The position numbers and the translations under genes are program-made. Below are positions 25,015 through 33,946 of a stretch of DNA of 58,525 nucleotides, piece by piece. Every line of letters starts with the position of its first letter. The first letter of the stretch is position 1. The notes beneath the pieces are model-generated. The model did not search any database, had not been told where the DNA came from, and saw nothing but the letters and a program-made list of their open reading frames with translations. Where the stretch lies: positions 1 to 58,525 of the forward strand of contig PUMQ01000004.1 of the NCBI GenBank assembly GCA_003551435.1, in the 5' to 3' direction. The DNA is from Candidatus Nealsonbacteria bacterium (lineage in GTDB: Bacteria; Patescibacteriota; Minisyncoccia; Minisyncoccales; PWPS01).

Positions 25015-28000
25015 ATGGAAAACAAAGTTAGCAAGGTGATAAAAAGAGACGGAACGGTCGTTGATTTTGAAAAGGAAAAAATAGCCAATGCTGTCTTCAA
25101 GGCAATTACTTCCACAGGGCAAGGAGACGGGAAAAAATCAAAGGAAATTTCAGACAGAGTGGTGAAGCTCCTTAACAGGCGGTTTAAAAAAGAAGAGATT
25201 CCCCAGGTAGAGCAGATCCAGGATATCGTGGAAGAGGTTCTTATTTTGGAAGGATTGGTAGAGACTGCCCGGAGCTATATTCTTTACCGCGAGCAGAGAA
25301 GAAAGATAAGAGAGGCGGTAGTGGCCGTTGATGAATCAACGGAAATGGTGGACAAGTATATAAAAGAGATGGACTGGCAGGTTAAGGAAAACGCCAACAT
25401 GACCTACTCTCTGCAAGGGCTTAACCAGTACGCTATAAAAGAAGCGGCCAAAAAATACTGGCTAAATAGAATCTACCCGAAAGAGGTAAGAGAAGCCGGA
25501 GCAGAAGAGGACTTTCACATCCATAACTTGGAAACACTTGCTCCTTATTGCGCGGGGTGGGATCTTAACGATCTTCTTTTGCGGGGATTTGGCGGGGTGC
25601 CCTCGAAAATCGAGTCCAAACCGCCAAAGCACTTCAGAAGCGCCCTCGGGCAGCTGGTAAACTTTCTTTTTACTCTCCAAGGAGAAACGGCGGGAGCGAA
25701 CGCGGTAAGCAATTTTGACACTCTTCTTGCTCCTTTTATAAAATACGATAACTTGAACTACTCTCAGGTAAGGCAGGCGATGCAGGAGTTTTTGTTTAAC
25801 TGCATGGTGCCCACCCGCGTAGGCTTCCAGTGTCTTTCCGAAGATACTGAAATCTTAACCAGGAACGGGTGGAAGAAGTACGACGAAGTAAACAAGGGAG
25901 ATGTTATAAAAACCTTTAATACGGAAAAAGCGGTCGTGGAGGAAAAGAAGGTCAAGAAGGTGTTTAAAAGGGAGTATTCCGGTAAGATGTACAACGTCTT
26001 AAACAAAATCCAAGACCAACTCGTCTCTCCGGAACACAGAATGGTAAGGAAAAAATTCAATAGCGAAAATTACTGCTTGGAAAAAGTGGAAGATTTTATG
26101 AAACTGAAATCTCCGCAAATTGTTCCCATTTCTGCCGATAACAACAATAGAGAAATAAATTTAAAGGATGAAGAAATAAAGCTTATTGCCTGGATTGTTT
26201 CCGAGGGGACGATGGAAATTAAAAACAACTGGAGAAGAATAACAATCTACCAATCACGGATAAAAAATAAGGAAAAATACAACGAAATTATTTCTCTTTT
26301 GAAAAAGCTGAAGATAAACCACTCTCTCCAGGAGGGAGTAAAATCGTTGGGGCAAACCGTAACACAGATCAGATTTAATGCGGAAAACTCAAGAAAAATA
26401 TTAAAATGGTTTGATAGTAACGACAACGTAAAAGTTATTCCCAAGAAGTTTTTAGAGATGAGCCAGAGGCAAAGTAAGCTGTTTCTGGAAACTTATATTA
26501 AAGGGGACGGCCACGAGAACTGTAAAATAACGGTATCTAGCAAAAGAGCGCTTGGGGACCTGCAGAGAATTATCTTTAACTCGGGATATGGATTTACTAC
26601 CGCGGAAAGAATGTCTTCCGGGGTGGGCAACAAGATGCTTTACATAATAAGGGTGATTAGGCGCCGGGAAACGGGCATTAGCAAAGTAAAAAAGGTTAAT
26701 TACAAGGGGATTATCTGGTCTGTTAACACCGATAACGAAACAGTTATCGCCAAAAGAAAAGGAAAGGTTTTTATAACCGGCAACACTCCCTTTCTCAATG
26801 TTTCGCTGGATATTAACGTTCCCCACTTCTTAAAAGACCAGCCGGTTGTTATCGGAGGAAAGCCACAGGAAGAAACTTACGGCGAATTTCAGGAAGAGAT
26901 GAACATTTTCAACAAAGCTTTTTACGAATGCCTAATGGAGGGAGATTCCAAAAACAGGCCTTTTACCTTTCCCATTCCCACTATTTCTGTTACCAAAGAC
27001 TTTGACTGGAACAATCCTTCTCTTGAAAAAATGTGGGAAGCGACGGCTAAATACGGAATCAACTACTTTTCCAACTTTGTCCAGTCGGATATGAACCCCG
27101 AGGATTTCCGTTCAATGTGTCTTCACGCCGAAGAGGATATTTTTGTAAAAAAGGGAAGAGAGATTAGAAAAATAACCGTTGATGAGCTTTTTGAAGCCTA
27201 TAAGGGAAAAGAAATAGACAAAGAGTGGTTTGGAGTGAAAGAACCGATTGAAACAATCTCCCTGAACCCCGATACGGGCAAGTTAGAGTGGGCGGAGGTC
27301 GGTAAGTTTTTGAAAGTTAGCGAAGATGAGATGGTTTCCATAGAAGCTATGGACGGAAAAACGATGAATGTTAGTAAAAACCATCTTGTTGCGGTGTTTA
27401 CGGAAGAAGGGATTAAGACAAAGAAAGCGGAAGATATCAGTGAAGAGGACTTTCTTTTGGTTCTCAAAGACGGATCGGGCATTCTCAACACCGACAAGAA
27501 AGAAATAGACGAAAAGATGGCTTGGTTTATAGGCCTTTTCATCGCCGATGGTAATTATTTGTATGATAGCAGATATGAAGAAGAGGTTCTAAGAGGAGTG
27601 CAAATCACGTTTAACAGAAAAGAAAAGGCTTTGATAGAAAAGACCAAAGAGGTGGTGAAAAAACTTCTCGGGTATGAAATGAAATTTATTTTAGACAAGA
27701 GGTACGAAAACTCGCTTAGAGGATATATTTATCACAGTGAATTCGCGAAAAAACTGAAAGAAGAAATGGGTGTTTCCAAGTATGGCAAGCTGCCGAATTG
27801 GATCTGGTCCGCCGACAGTGAAACAGTGGAGGTTTTTCTTGAAGGATTTTTTGACGGTGACGGATATGAGGGAGGCAAGGAGATTCATATTAACGATTTT
27901 CAATTATCCAAGGAGCTTAATCTTCTTTTTCAGTTGGTCGGAATAAGTGTTACCTACAGAAGAAGAGAGAAATCCCAGATTATAAGAATCCAGCATGTTC

Positions 28001-29286
28001 TCGGACGGGGAAGTAACGGCAAAAAAGTGGTTAAAGATAAGCTTCACAACCTAATACCTCAATTTTTACTTGAAGAGAAAGGTTTTAAGAACGAAGAAGG
28101 AAAAAATGTCTATCAGTCATTTGGGTGTCGGCAAGTGTCTTTATCTTCTGTGGATAGATGGGACCTTGGCAACGACAAGATAGAGAAATTGAAGAAGTCG
28201 GATTTTGCCGTAGTAGAAGTAAGAAGTGTGAAAAAAGAAAAATTGGAATCGGGACAATTCTTTTATGATGTTGAGCTCAAGAAAAATCACTATTTTGTTC
28301 ATTCGGACGGAAACATTACCCATAACTGCTGTCGCCTCAGGTTGTCAAACAAAGAACTTATGAAAAGAGGAGGAGGGCTTTTCGGCTCGCATCCTCTTAC
28401 AGGCAGCCTGGGAGTAGTGACTATCAATCTTCCTCGTATCGGGTACTTGTCCAAAACAAATAAAGATTTTTACGAGAGACTGGGAAGACTGATGGATCTT
28501 GCCAGAGATTCGCTGGAAGTAAAGAGAAAAGCATTGGAAAACTTCATGGAAAAAGGGCTTTATCCTTACTCCAAATACTACCTTTCTCCGGTTAAAAAGC
28601 TGAGAGGGAGTTATTTCGGAAATCACTTTTCCACTATCGGCCTTATAGGAATGAACGAAGCGCTTTTAAACTTTCTCGGAGAGGATATCTCTTCTAAAAG
28701 AGGAAGAAAGTTTTCTCTGGAGGTTTTGGATTTTATGCGCGACAGATTGGTTGAGTATCAGGAAAAAACAGGCCACCTTTATAATCTTGAAGCCACTCCT
28801 GGAGAGGGAACCGCTTACCGTCAGGCGAGAATAGACAAAGAAAAATATCCCGACATTATCACCGCCGGCACGGAAAAAATTCCCTACTACACAAATTCCA
28901 CCCACCTCCCGGTTGGCTTTACGGACGACATATTTGAAGCATTAGAGCTTCAGGACGAGTTGCAGTGCAAATATACCGGAGGCACGGTAGCCCACCTTTT
29001 CTTGGGAGAAAGAATATCGGACCCCGAAGTGGCAAAAAACATTATTCGCAAAGTGTTTGAGAAGTTTCATCTTCCCTACGTTACTCTTACTCCCACTTTC
29101 TCTATTTGTCCCCACCACGGGTACTTAAGCGGACAGTACTTTGAGTGCCCTAAGTGTACTATAAAACAGCCTTGCGAAGTTTATTCGCGGATAGTAGGGT
29201 ATCTACGTCCCGTAAAGCAGTGGCACGAAGGAAAACAGCAAGAGTTCAAAGAAAGAAAAGAGTACGCCATACCCAAGACCAAATGA
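25015..29286 (+). CDS. nrdD: Anaerobic (class III) ribonucleoside-triphosphate reductase containing two inteins
   Basis: N-terminal ATP-cone (VIKRDGTVVDFEKEKI). NrdD core motifs flank the insertions (..RVGFQ|TPFLNV.., ..FRSM|CCRLRL..). The C-terminus has a Cys zinc site (CPHHG..CPKC) and the glycyl-radical motif YSRIVGYLRP. The extein totals 702 aa of the 1423 aa. Confidence 0.9.
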   Translation: MENKVSKVIKRDGTVVDFEKEKIANAVFKAITSTGQGDGKKSKEISDRVVKLLNRRFKKEEIPQVEQIQDIVEEVLILEGLVETARSYILYREQRRKIREAVVAVDESTEMVDKYIKEMDWQVKENANMTYSLQGLNQYAIKEAAKKYWLNRIYPKEVREAGAEEDFHIHNLETLAPYCAGWDLNDLLLRGFGGVPSKIESKPPKHFRSALGQLVNFLFTLQGETAGANAVSNFDTLLAPFIKYDNLNYSQVRQAMQEFLFNCMVPTRVGFQCLSEDTEILTRNGWKKYDEVNKGDVIKTFNTEKAVVEEKKVKKVFKREYSGKMYNVLNKIQDQLVSPEHRMVRKKFNSENYCLEKVEDFMKLKSPQIVPISADNNNREINLKDEEIKLIAWIVSEGTMEIKNNWRRITIYQSRIKNKEKYNEIISLLKKLKINHSLQEGVKSLGQTVTQIRFNAENSRKILKWFDSNDNVKVIPKKFLEMSQRQSKLFLETYIKGDGHENCKITVSSKRALGDLQRIIFNSGYGFTTAERMSSGVGNKMLYIIRVIRRRETGISKVKKVNYKGIIWSVNTDNETVIAKRKGKVFITGNTPFLNVSLDINVPHFLKDQPVVIGGKPQEETYGEFQEEMNIFNKAFYECLMEGDSKNRPFTFPIPTISVTKDFDWNNPSLEKMWEATAKYGINYFSNFVQSDMNPEDFRSMCLHAEEDIFVKKGREIRKITVDELFEAYKGKEIDKEWFGVKEPIETISLNPDTGKLEWAEVGKFLKVSEDEMVSIEAMDGKTMNVSKNHLVAVFTEEGIKTKKAEDISEEDFLLVLKDGSGILNTDKKEIDEKMAWFIGLFIADGNYLYDSRYEEEVLRGVQITFNRKEKALIEKTKEVVKKLLGYEMKFILDKRYENSLRGYIYHSEFAKKLKEEMGVSKYGKLPNWIWSADSETVEVFLEGFFDGDGYEGGKEIHINDFQLSKELNLLFQLVGISVTYRRREKSQIIRIQHVLGRGSNGKKVVKDKLHNLIPQFLLEEKGFKNEEGKNVYQSFGCRQVSLSSVDRWDLGNDKIEKLKKSDFAVVEVRSVKKEKLESGQFFYDVELKKNHYFVHSDGNITHNCCRLRLSNKELMKRGGGLFGSHPLTGSLGVVTINLPRIGYLSKTNKDFYERLGRLMDLARDSLEVKRKALENFMEKGLYPYSKYYLSPVKKLRGSYFGNHFSTIGLIGMNEALLNFLGEDISSKRGRKFSLEVLDFMRDRLVEYQEKTGHLYNLEATPGEGTAYRQARIDKEKYPDIITAGTEKIPYYTNSTHLPVGFTDDIFEALELQDELQCKYTGGTVAHLFLGERISDPEVAKNIIRKVFEKFHLPYVTLTPTFSICPHHGYLSGQYFECPKCTIKQPCEVYSRIVGYLRPVKQWHEGKQQEFKERKEYAIPKTK
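25831..26784 (+). mobile_element. Intein 1 with LAGLIDADG homing-endonuclease domain (residues 273-590, 318 aa)
   Basis: Starts CLSEDTEIL (Cys1). Block B is VSPEH. LAGLIDADG-like motifs are LIAWIVSEG and FLETYIKGDGH. Ends ..VFITGN followed by +1 Thr; the penultimate residue is Gly rather than His. Confidence 0.8.
27118..28326 (+). mobile_element. Intein 2 with LAGLIDADG homing-endonuclease domain (residues 702-1104, 403 aa)
   Basis: Starts CLHAEEDIFV (Cys1). Block B is VSKNH. LAGLIDADG motifs are WFIGLFIADGN and FLEGFFDGDGY. Ends ..GNITHN followed by +1 Cys of the conserved CCRL motif. Confidence 0.85.
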
Positions 29287-29981
29287 AAATAGGAGGCCTT
29301 CAAAAAACTACTCTTATAGACTATCCCGGAAAAGTGGCTACTACCGTTTTTTTATCCGGGTGTAATTTCCGTTGCGGGTACTGCTACAACCCGGAGCTTG
29401 TTTTGCCCGAAAAAGCAAAAAAACATCCGGAAATCTCCCAAGAAGACTTTTTCCGGTTTCTTGACTCCAGGAAAAACCTTCTTGACGGAGTTTGCGTTAC
29501 CGGAGGGGAACCGACTGTCAACCCGGAGCTTTCTTGGTTTTTAGGGGAAATAAAGAAAAGAGGGTTTTTGGTAAAGCTTGACACCAACGGCTCTCATCCG
29601 GAAACACTTGAAAACCTTTTTAAGAAAGGGCTTGTTGATTATGTGGCTATGGACATCAAGGCCCCTTTGGAAAAATACGAGGAGGTTACGGGAAGCAAGA
29701 TAGACAAGGAAAAAATTAAAAAAAGCATAGAGATTATTAAAAATTCAGAAATAGAGTACGAGTTTCGTACCACTCTCATTCCCGGGGTACACGGAAAAGA
29801 GGAAGTAAGTAAAATGGGGGAGCTTATAAAAGGAGCAAAAAGGTATTTTCTGCAAAACTTTATGCCGGAAAAAACGATAAACAACGGCTTTCTTGAAAAA
29901 AAACCTTTTGTCGTTAAGGATTTGGAAAACTTCCGTAAAGAAGCTTCTTTTTTCGTGGAAAATTGCAGTATAAGAGAGTAA
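29283..29981 (+). CDS. nrdG: Anaerobic ribonucleotide reductase activating protein (radical SAM)
   Basis: MKIGGLQKTTLIDYPGK..LSGCNFRCGYCYNPEL (CxxxCxxC). The ATG overlaps the nrdD stop as ATGA. The track's 29154 start lies inside nrdD. Confidence 0.85.
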   Translation: MKIGGLQKTTLIDYPGKVATTVFLSGCNFRCGYCYNPELVLPEKAKKHPEISQEDFFRFLDSRKNLLDGVCVTGGEPTVNPELSWFLGEIKKRGFLVKLDTNGSHPETLENLFKKGLVDYVAMDIKAPLEKYEEVTGSKIDKEKIKKSIEIIKNSEIEYEFRTTLIPGVHGKEEVSKMGELIKGAKRYFLQNFMPEKTINNGFLEKKPFVVKDLENFRKEASFFVENCSIRE

Positions 29982-30010
29982 TACGCTTCTAAGAAGCCGT
30001 TTCTTTTGCT

Positions 30011-31435
30011 ATGACTTTTTCCAAAGCGGTCTTCTTTTTTTCTTTGTCTTTTATTCTCGGGGTGTTTTTTGCTCCGGTGAGCCTTTTTTTCGGCCTTCTG
30101 TCCGTTTTTTCTTTTTACTGCCTCTCTCGCAGGCTCGTGGTTGCCGTTTTTTGCATGGTTTTCTTTCTTTTTGGCGCTTTTTCTTTCCACTCTTTTCTTT
30201 ACAACATCCCTTCTTCTGTAGAAAGCCCGGTTTACGGGGTGGTAAAAGAAGAACCGGTTCTAAGAGACAATTCCACGAGAGTTGTTTTTGAACATGAAGA
30301 AGGAAGAGCGCTTTTATATACCGAGTACTACGCGGATTACCGGTACGGGGACGTGCTTAAAACAAAAGGAGACTTTGTTAAGCCCGAGCCGGAAGAGTAT
30401 GCCAACTACCTTAAAAAAGAGGGGATATACCATCTCTCTTTTTTTCCGGAAATAGAAAAAAAGGGAAGTAAGGGAAGCGCTTTTTATAGAGCGCTCTTTT
30501 CTTTAAAAGAGATGGGAAGAAGAAACCTTCAAAGATCTATTCCTCCTCCCCAGCTTTTCCTTTCAGAGGCGATGGTTTTGGGAGAAAGAGATTCTTTTAC
30601 GCAGGACTTTAGCGAAAAGCTGAGCATTACTGGAACCCGCCATATTACCGCTATTTCCGGAATGCACATTGTTATCATTTCCGCTATGCTTTTTTATCTT
30701 TTTCTTTTTTTCAACTTGAAAAAAAGATGGGCGGCTCTTTTTTCTCTCTTTTTCATTTTCCTTTTTATTTTTTTTGTAGGTGTTCCCGCTTCGGCATTGA
30801 GAGCCGGAATAATGGGAGGAGCTCTTCTTTTGTCAAATGTTTTTTACAGGAAAACGGATACTTTTCGCCTTCTTTCCATGGCCGCGGCAGTAATGCTTGT
30901 TTTTAACCCTCTCCTTTTGCACTACGACTTGGGTTTCCAACTCTCATTTTTGGCGGTTTTGGGAATTATTTTTTTGCACCGCCCCGCAAAAAATCTTCTT
31001 TGCGGAATTAGATTCCCGGAGACCCGGCTTCCGGAACAGCGCCGTTTTGTAGAAATGATAAATAGATTTTTTGGGAAAAACGAAAGGATTGCGGACCTTG
31101 TTGCTGTAACTCTCGGAGCGCAGATTTTTGTTTTTCCCCTTATTTTGTACAATTTCGGGCACGTTTCTCTGGTTTCCGTGCCGGCAAATGTCCTTATTGT
31201 CCCCCTCCTCCCTTTTATTATGGTCTTCGGATTTTTAACCGCTCTTACGGGGTTTGTATTGTTTTCTTTTCCTTTGTATCTTTTCCTTTCTTTTGTTCTT
31301 TTTGTGGTTGATATTTTCTATGTTTTTCCTTTTTCGGCGGTTTTTATAGAAAACGTTCCTTTTTCTTTTATTTTCCTTTTTTACGCTCTGCTCTTCTACA
31401 AAATCTACGCGCTACAATCCCGGAACCCACAATAA
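30011..31435 (+). CDS. comEC: ComEC/Rec2 family competence channel protein (no C-terminal metallo-beta-lactamase domain)
   Basis: N-terminal OB/DUF4131-like region, then the polytopic domain with ITGTRHITAISGMHIVII (ComEC signature G..H..AISG.H). Confidence 0.8.
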   Translation: MTFSKAVFFFSLSFILGVFFAPVSLFFGLLSVFSFYCLSRRLVVAVFCMVFFLFGAFSFHSFLYNIPSSVESPVYGVVKEEPVLRDNSTRVVFEHEEGRALLYTEYYADYRYGDVLKTKGDFVKPEPEEYANYLKKEGIYHLSFFPEIEKKGSKGSAFYRALFSLKEMGRRNLQRSIPPPQLFLSEAMVLGERDSFTQDFSEKLSITGTRHITAISGMHIVIISAMLFYLFLFFNLKKRWAALFSLFFIFLFIFFVGVPASALRAGIMGGALLLSNVFYRKTDTFRLLSMAAAVMLVFNPLLLHYDLGFQLSFLAVLGIIFLHRPAKNLLCGIRFPETRLPEQRRFVEMINRFFGKNERIADLVAVTLGAQIFVFPLILYNFGHVSLVSVPANVLIVPLLPFIMVFGFLTALTGFVLFSFPLYLFLSFVLFVVDIFYVFPFSAVFIENVPFSFIFLFYALLFYKIYALQSRNPQ

Positions 31436-31438
31436 ATT

Positions 31439-31513
31439 TGCGAAGGTCGGACCTTCGCAAGTTCTCTGCAAGTTTGCAAAGGTCTGCAAATTTGCGAAGG
31501 TCGGACCTTCGCA
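31439..31513. repeat. Palindromic repeat cluster: two perfect TGCGAAGGTCGGACCTTCGCA copies flanking a truncated copy
   Basis: Perfect copies at 31439-31459 and 31493-31513. The truncated copy TTGCAAAGGTCTGCAA is at 31474-31489. GATTTT follows. The cluster starts 4 nt after the comEC stop. Confidence 0.9.
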
Positions 31514-31591
31514 GATTTTGTTGTATTTGTTTTTTTAAAGGAAAGTGATACTATGAAAGGTAAGAGAGTATTTTTAATCTTTTAAAACACT

Positions 31592-33253
31592 ATGGATAAA
31601 AAGGAGAAAGTTCTCAAAGAAATTAAAAGCAAGGCCAAAAAAAGGAAGTATATTATTATCGGCGTTGCGGTTTTGATAATCGCCGTAATCGTTTTTGCCA
31701 GCAATGACGGGGAAGAGCAAGAGCATGTAGTGGCTGAGAGAGGCAATCTAACACAAGAGCTTTTTGAGACCGGCTCTACGGAAAAAGGAGAAGAGGTAAC
31801 GTTGAGTTTTAAAGAAGGAGGGAAGATAGAAAGCGTATTTGTAAAAGAAGGAGAGGAGGTAAAAGGGGGAGATGCCGTTGCAGCCCTTGATAAGGGAGAT
31901 CTCAGAATTTCATTAAGAGAAGCGGAGGCGGCCCTTTCTTCTGCCAGGGCGTCTTTTGAAAGATTTCTTTCGGGTGCCACAAGAGAAGAAATAGAGGTGG
32001 CTCGGGCGGCGGTACAATCGGCGGAAGCGGGTTTAAATTCCGCAAAAGACAACCTAAGTGAGCAGGAGAAAATAGCAGAAGAAACCCTAAAAGATGTCCA
32101 TCAAGGAACAGCCACTACCCTGGGAACAGTCTCTCTCTTGGGAGAAACTTACTCTAGTGTTAACGAAATAAAAATGGGGGTGGCAAGGATAGCAAGACAG
32201 TACTTTACGGGCATAGTTGTTTCGGAAACCACTTCCGGGAGAAGAAGCAGGGATGTTATAAGAAGAAGTTCCGAGGAAATAGAAAAATACAAGGACATGG
32301 CAACCAAAGAAGAAGTTGATTTCAAAGAGAAAGAAGATGCTTTGAGAAAAACCGAAAAAGAGCTCAGGGTAATCATAGGAGAGTTGGACAACCTGGTAGA
32401 TGTGGTGGAATCCGACTTTTATAAAGACACGGTTGCCGAAGCGGACAAGAGTTTAATCCGCACCTACAGAAGAACGGCAAACAGCGCTTTGAACGACGTT
32501 TCTTCTCTTTTAAGAAGAATATCTTCGGTAAACGTTGAAATAAGCGCAAAACTGACCTCCGCCAGGGGGCAGGTGGATTCGGCGAGAACCGCTTTAAATC
32601 AGGCAGAGAGAGAGCTTTCGCGTATCAAGGCGGATCCCGAATCGGCGGACGTTCGTGCCAAAGAGGCGGCAGTTGACCAAGCACGGGCACGAGTAGAGGC
32701 TTTGCAAAAGAGAATTACGGACGCTACCTTAAGAACTCCGGTTGCCGGAACGGTTTCCGATGTTTTAATGAGAGGAGGAGAAGTTGCGGGAGCAGGAAGT
32801 CCGGTGGCGGTTATCATACCCGAAGAAGAAATGCAGATCACACTTGATATTTACGAAGGGGATATTGCCAATGTTCAGGTGGGAGACAGGGCGATGGCTT
32901 CTTTTGTCGCTTTCCCCGACAGGGAGTTCCCCGGACAAGTTGTTTTTGTAAATCCCGCCGGCAGGGTAATAGACGGCGTTGTTTATTACAACGTAAAAGT
33001 AATGCTTGATGAGTACCCGGAAGGGGTTTTGCCCCAAATGACGGTTGACGTAACCATCAGAACGGGAGAGAAAGAAGACGTTATCATTCTTCCCGAGAGA
33101 GCCATTTACCGTAGAGAAGGAAAGCGCTTTGTCCGCGTTTTGGAAAATGGAGAGCATGTTGAAAGAGAGGTGGAAGTGGGTTTAAGAGGAGAAAGAAGGA
33201 TGGTAGAGATTATTTCGGGGATAAGAGAAGGGGAAAAAGTTCTGGTAGAATAA
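31592..33253 (+). CDS. HlyD/MacA-like periplasmic adaptor (membrane fusion) protein
   Basis: N-terminal TM segment, lipoyl-like VKEGEEVKGGDAVAALD, a long coiled coil, and a beta-barrel C-terminus. ABC and FtsX genes follow. Confidence 0.8.
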   Translation: MDKKEKVLKEIKSKAKKRKYIIIGVAVLIIAVIVFASNDGEEQEHVVAERGNLTQELFETGSTEKGEEVTLSFKEGGKIESVFVKEGEEVKGGDAVAALDKGDLRISLREAEAALSSARASFERFLSGATREEIEVARAAVQSAEAGLNSAKDNLSEQEKIAEETLKDVHQGTATTLGTVSLLGETYSSVNEIKMGVARIARQYFTGIVVSETTSGRRSRDVIRRSSEEIEKYKDMATKEEVDFKEKEDALRKTEKELRVIIGELDNLVDVVESDFYKDTVAEADKSLIRTYRRTANSALNDVSSLLRRISSVNVEISAKLTSARGQVDSARTALNQAERELSRIKADPESADVRAKEAAVDQARARVEALQKRITDATLRTPVAGTVSDVLMRGGEVAGAGSPVAVIIPEEEMQITLDIYEGDIANVQVGDRAMASFVAFPDREFPGQVVFVNPAGRVIDGVVYYNVKVMLDEYPEGVLPQMTVDVTIRTGEKEDVIILPERAIYRREGKRFVRVLENGEHVEREVEVGLRGERRMVEIISGIREGEKVLVE

Positions 33254-33274
33254 ACAATTAATTTGCTTTGCTTT

Positions 33275-33946
33275 ATGGAAAACATCATAGAACTTCGCGA
33301 TGTCTGGAAAATTTACGATCTGGGGAAGATAAGAATAGAGGTTTTAAGAGGAATAAACCTTGAAATAAAAAAGAAAGACTTTGCTCTTATCTTGGGCCCC
33401 AGCGGATCGGGGAAATCCACTCTTCTTAACATGGTAAGCTGTCTTGACGTTCCCACCGAGGGAAAGATTTTACTGGACGGGAAGGATGTTTCCAGGCTTA
33501 GTGAAGACGATTTGGCCGGAGTTCGCGGGAAAAAGATAGGTTTTGTATTCCAGCAGTTCAATCTTCTGCCTCATCTTACGGCCTTGGAAAATGTGACTCT
33601 TCCCACTGTTTTTCAAGGAGTGACCGGGGAAGAGAGAGAAAAGAGAGGAAAAGATCTTTTAGTTTCGGTGGGGCTTGGAGAGAGAATGAATCACCGGCCG
33701 GCGGAGCTTTCCGGGGGAGAAAAACAAAGAGTGGCTATTGCCAGAAGCCTTGTAAACGAGCCGGAAATAATCGTTGCTGACGAGCCGACCGGAAACATTG
33801 ACTCTAAAACGGGAGAGGTGATTATGAATATACTGAAAGATTTGAACCAAAAAGGAAGAACCGTTATTGTGGTTACCCACGATGCGGAGCTTCGGGAGTT
33901 TTCCAATAGAGTGGTAAAAATAAAAGACGGAGTAATAGATGAGTAG
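33275..33946 (+). CDS. ABC transporter ATP-binding protein (MacB/LolD-like)
   Basis: Walker A GPSGSGKST, signature LSGGEKQRVAIARSL, Walker B IIVADEPTGNID. ATG 33275. Confidence 0.9.
   Translation: MENIIELRDVWKIYDLGKIRIEVLRGINLEIKKKDFALILGPSGSGKSTLLNMVSCLDVPTEGKILLDGKDVSRLSEDDLAGVRGKKIGFVFQQFNLLPHLTALENVTLPTVFQGVTGEEREKRGKDLLVSVGLGERMNHRPAELSGGEKQRVAIARSLVNEPEIIVADEPTGNIDSKTGEVIMNILKDLNQKGRTVIVVTHDAELREFSNRVVKIKDGVIDE

Noticed and set aside
29154-29282. Upstream extension of nrdG proposed by the ORF track (start 29154)
   Set aside because: The extension overlaps the 3' end of nrdD in another frame. The ATG at 29283 gives the canonical MKIGG..CNFRCGYC N-terminus and an ATGA stop/start overlap.
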